Made by a program: the position numbers and the translations under genes
In this document: positions 60,432 to 64,000 of the stretch, piece by piece
Layout: each line of letters starts with the position of its first letter
Numbering within the stretch: the first letter of the stretch is position 1
Assembly: GCA_035084275.1 (NCBI GenBank)
Contig: CM068745.1
Span: 61,380,001 to 61,444,000, forward strand
DNA from: Hydrolagus colliei
Lineage: Eukaryota
Reading direction: 5' to 3'
DNA length: 64,000 bases
The notes under the pieces: generated by a model
Databases searched by the model: none
Seen by the model: only the letters and a program-made list of their open reading frames with translations
What the model was told of the DNA's origin: nothing

Positions 60432-60445
60432 CCACCAGATGGCAC
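60432..60445 (+). promoter_or_regulatory. Candidate CTCF site
   Basis: CCACCAGATGGCAC is a 14/14 match to CCASYAGRKGGCRS and does not lie in a recognisable repeat. Confidence 0.5.
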
Positions 60446-63354
60446 TGTAACAGAGGACTGCATTTGAACACTAAGATTTATTTAATTTTAAAGAATTTGA
60501 AACTGAGAGAATGCTTGTACAGTAATCAGGTGTTGCAATCTTGGTACTCTTTGGAACGAAACTTGGAATTTCGGGATTTTAATGCCCAAATCTCTGAATC
60601 CTGGGATCAGGATTCCCGGGATTGCCACCACTACGCATGATTGTCCTCTCGACGTGAAAGGTGCTATACAAATGTAATTTTGTTGTTGTTAATGAGTGAA
60701 GGCATACCTCCTCCCCAAATATAACACTAACCCATATAGAGGATGAAGATAGGTTTGATTCGCAGTCTATGTTGAGGTACATTGAAATTGGTTAGTGATG
60801 GAGAAAAATCAACCAAGGACATTAACCGAATTCCATCTGCCTTGGGATGTCCTCTCGATGTGAAAGGTGCTCTATAAATGTAATTTTGTGGTTGCTTGTT
60901 ATTTGGGTGATGATGTTCAAAAATAATACAATGTCTCTCTTCTCCCTGGCTAATTCTACACCAGAAATATTTGCTTATTCATCTCATGGTTGTTTGTGGG
61001 ATTGTAATATTTTCAAAATAACTTCCATGTTTGATACAAACACAATTACTGCACTGGACAGTAGTTGTTGCTGTACTTATTGTTTTGAGACATTTCATTA
61101 GAAGATATGAAACATAAGAAAATACAAAAAGGAGTAGTATTCATTGTATCAAAATATGCATCTACCTTTGTCTTAAATATTTCAATACCTTTTGTATGAA
61201 TTCCACATTTCCATGATGTTGTCTACACATTATAAAAATAAAAGTTTGTTTGTATGTTCCCTGCGCAGATCACAGCTAGAAAGTGTGTTTGTTTGTGTGT
61301 GTATTTGTGTGTGTATTTGTGTGTGTGTGTGTGTGTATGAAGGAAGATCAAGTTCAGATGTCACAGCTTCAACTGTGAAAAGGTCTTGCTGCTAGTCTAA
61401 CACCTCAAGGGTGGGTGAGGTATTGGAGAGATCTTGGCACCTGGGGAAGTGCACCCAGCAGAAGTCACCGAGCGGAGAACAGGGAGATAATTGTCAACAA
61501 AGAGAAATAATCACGAGTGTCCACCCAGTGTTAAAGAAGCAGGTAGTCAGTGAGCAATTACTAACAACCCCGATACAAGTTAATATGTGAGAATTGATAG
61601 TACTGTTCCAATTAACATATTTTTCTACACGTCCTGCTGCTAGTCATTATCTTAAGTCACAGTCACAATAGTGAGCTATGTTCTTGAGCTGCTCAAGGGG
61701 CACTTGTCTACTTCCCCTTCAACTAATAAATGCAAACTTGTTAGGACTTGTTAAAAAAGCATGCTTATTAATCCTTGCATTGGCATGCATTTAGTGGAGT
61801 GCCTGCCTTATCACATTCTTCTGATGGCCCAGTGGGTAAAGCCCACTGTTGCATGAAATGATATAGGCCAGTTGGGCTGTGTTAAATTATCTCATTTCAA
61901 TTGGGAAAACCATTAGGGACTAGAATTGGTGTCAACGAGGGAGGATGAAAATCAGCCAGTGTTGCTGTTGCTGAATGGCTGATAATTTTTTGCAGGTGTA
62001 TACAATAATAATACTACTACTAATCTTTGCATTTGATACAGCACCTCACAGGCTGCACTGTAAAGTGAATCGACTTTATGTTTTTCTGCGAAACACGGCA
62101 GCAATTTGCACACTGCAGTGTCCCACGCATAGTCGTGGATTGAAGTGACCAGACCAATTTAGTATTGTTTTAGTTATGTGAGTTTTACTGTACACAAAAT
62201 ATACACACATACACATGTCCGCACACAGTATACACACATGCCTAGTGCACATAAGCGTACAAACACAGCATACATCCTCATCCTGTATACACACTCTCCC
62301 AGTACATACACATAGCACACATATACACACAGTATACATACATGTACATGGACACGCAATCACAATATTCACAAACGCGCACAGTATATACACAGGCACA
62401 AACATGGTATACACCTACATGCACAAAGGTGCAAGCACACAGACATGCCAGGAGAGAAATTGCCAGCGACAGAACATTTGAGAAAACAAAGGGAATAAAA
62501 ATAAGAGTTGGAACAGAATCAAACTTGGCAGTGATGCCCTTTGGTTAAATGACCTCTTGACATTAATGGAGGCCCTGTGAAACCACACTTCAGCAAGAGA
62601 AGAGAAAATGGTAAAACGTAATTGTTTGAATGCCAAGACCAACCCAACTGGGACTTGTTCCTGTAACTAAATGTATGTTATGCCAACTAATGGGAACACC
62701 ACTCCAAAGCAATTTACTTTTTCTTATGATTTCTTATGAAATAATAGCAATTTTAATGGCATTCTTTACATTGGAATTCCATTATTTTAATACCAGCATC
62801 TTGTTGGCAGTATTTCTGAGAGGATTTCTTAATGAGAAATACGACATTATTGAATTTCTAGACTTGAAAATGCTGAAGAATGCATTATTTTAGAAATTCA
62901 ATAATTATACATTGAAAACGATATAATACCCAATAAGAAATCTGTTAAGAAACTCCCCACTGTTCTGGAACGTGCTGTACTGGTGGTCTACTTGGCATGG
63001 CAAAACATTTACTTATTAAGAAGAAGAATTTTAAAATCCTTGCATTCGATATAGCTCCATTCATATCAGGAGGATGTCTCAAACCACTTCATTGGATTTT
63101 ACTGTAAGTGACTGTGTATTTCATAGATGAATGTGGCAGCCAATTTGTACACAATTGGCCATGATGGTTAGTTTCATCTGGGGGATTGTTGGTCAGGACA
63201 CCAGGTATAACTCTTCCTCGTTTTTGATTGTTAACTTCTTTCTCAGTCGTAAAAACAACCAAATTCTATTTTAAGACTAAATTCAATAAGTTGCCAAATT
63301 TATATGCTATGAAATGGTAATAGAGTAAATCCAGATTCAGGCAGAATTTCTCAC

Positions 63355-63640
63355 CATCCGTTCGTTAGTTTCAGCCTCTCTGTCCCCACAATCTGGAACT
63401 CCATCCCGCAATCCCTTTGCCTCGCTTCCTCCCTTTCCTCCTTCAAGCCCTTCCTCTTCGAATGTGCCTTCTGCTGCCCTCCTCACTCTCCCACCTTTCC
63501 TACTCTCCTTTCCCCCGCCCCTACCCCGACCCTTCCCCCCCCGTTCAGATCCCGACCTAACTGTTCAGCGCTTTGGGACGTCCTCCTGACGTCCTCCTGA
63601 CATGAAAGACGCTCTACATGTAATTTTGTTATTGTTTGTT
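63355..63640 (+). mobile_element. L2 LINE 3' end
   Basis: TCTGGAACTCCATCCCGCAATCCC..CAGCGCTTTGGGACGTCC..TAATTTTGTT tail. Confidence 0.7.
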
Positions 63641-64000
63641 GTTATTACTGATGTAGTGTAGGACATATCATAAGTATATGCAAGCAATACATGTTTTATT
63701 TGAATTTTGTTATTTAATTTATTTTAAATGTTGGGGATTGGATATCACCTAATGTGAAAGGCGCTATACAAGTGTAATGTTGTTGTGGTTATCACCTGAT
63801 TTTATATCTGTAGAAACAGGTTCCTGTCACCAGCTGATTGCCAAAATAACAATTCAATGAAAAGGTTGCCATTTGTAGTGATTGTCACATGATAAACCCT
63901 ACAGTATGGGTTTTTATCTCCAAATACCCATGCACATTGCTGCTTCTGTGACTGCATTTAACTTGTGTGATTACTTCAAAGTGGGAAAAGCGCAAATGCC

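Noticed and set aside
60527-60633. Possible tiny hAT MITE (CAGGTGTTGCAATC ... GATTGCCACCACTA)
   Set aside because: The inverted ends are imperfect and the 8-bp flanks (ACAGTAAT, CGCATGAT) do not match.
62170-62460. Cys/Val-rich and His/Thr-rich ORFs
   Set aside because: Translations of a degenerate (CA)-rich simple repeat; the same applies to the (GT)n at ~61290-61335.

Overview
Repeat-rich vertebrate genomic DNA, most likely a cartilaginous fish. This is inferred from abundant CR1 and L2 LINEs, Deu-domain/LF-type SINEs and Penelope-type remnants; no database search was run. One host gene can be built: a + strand B7-family costimulatory ligand most similar to CD86 (CD80/86-like). Its coding exons are 22889-22896, 23646-23701, 30342-30674 (IgV), 32450-32749 (IgC), 35183-35291 (TM) and 35759-35840 (tail), giving 295 aa with GT-AG introns and matching phases. 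A candidate alternative terminal exon lies at 39089-~39290. The rest is transposable elements: many L2/CR1 fragments, tRNA-derived SINEs, a solo LTR with a 4-bp TSD, Tigger/Tc2 MITEs, and a cluster of hAT derivatives with 8-bp TSDs. The most unusual region is 44.7-54.0 kb. It holds two tail-to-tail BED-finger hAT derivatives, one of which has two 'right' ends and no TSD, and both carry an internal ~80-nt hairpin whose bulge has swapped arms between copies. Next to them is a 4.1-kb hAT nested in a CR1 that itself contains a CR1, a SINE, another hAT MITE and an inverted copy of its own terminus. There is an assembly gap of 252 N at 47673-47924. Boundaries of old LINE/SINE fragments are approximate.
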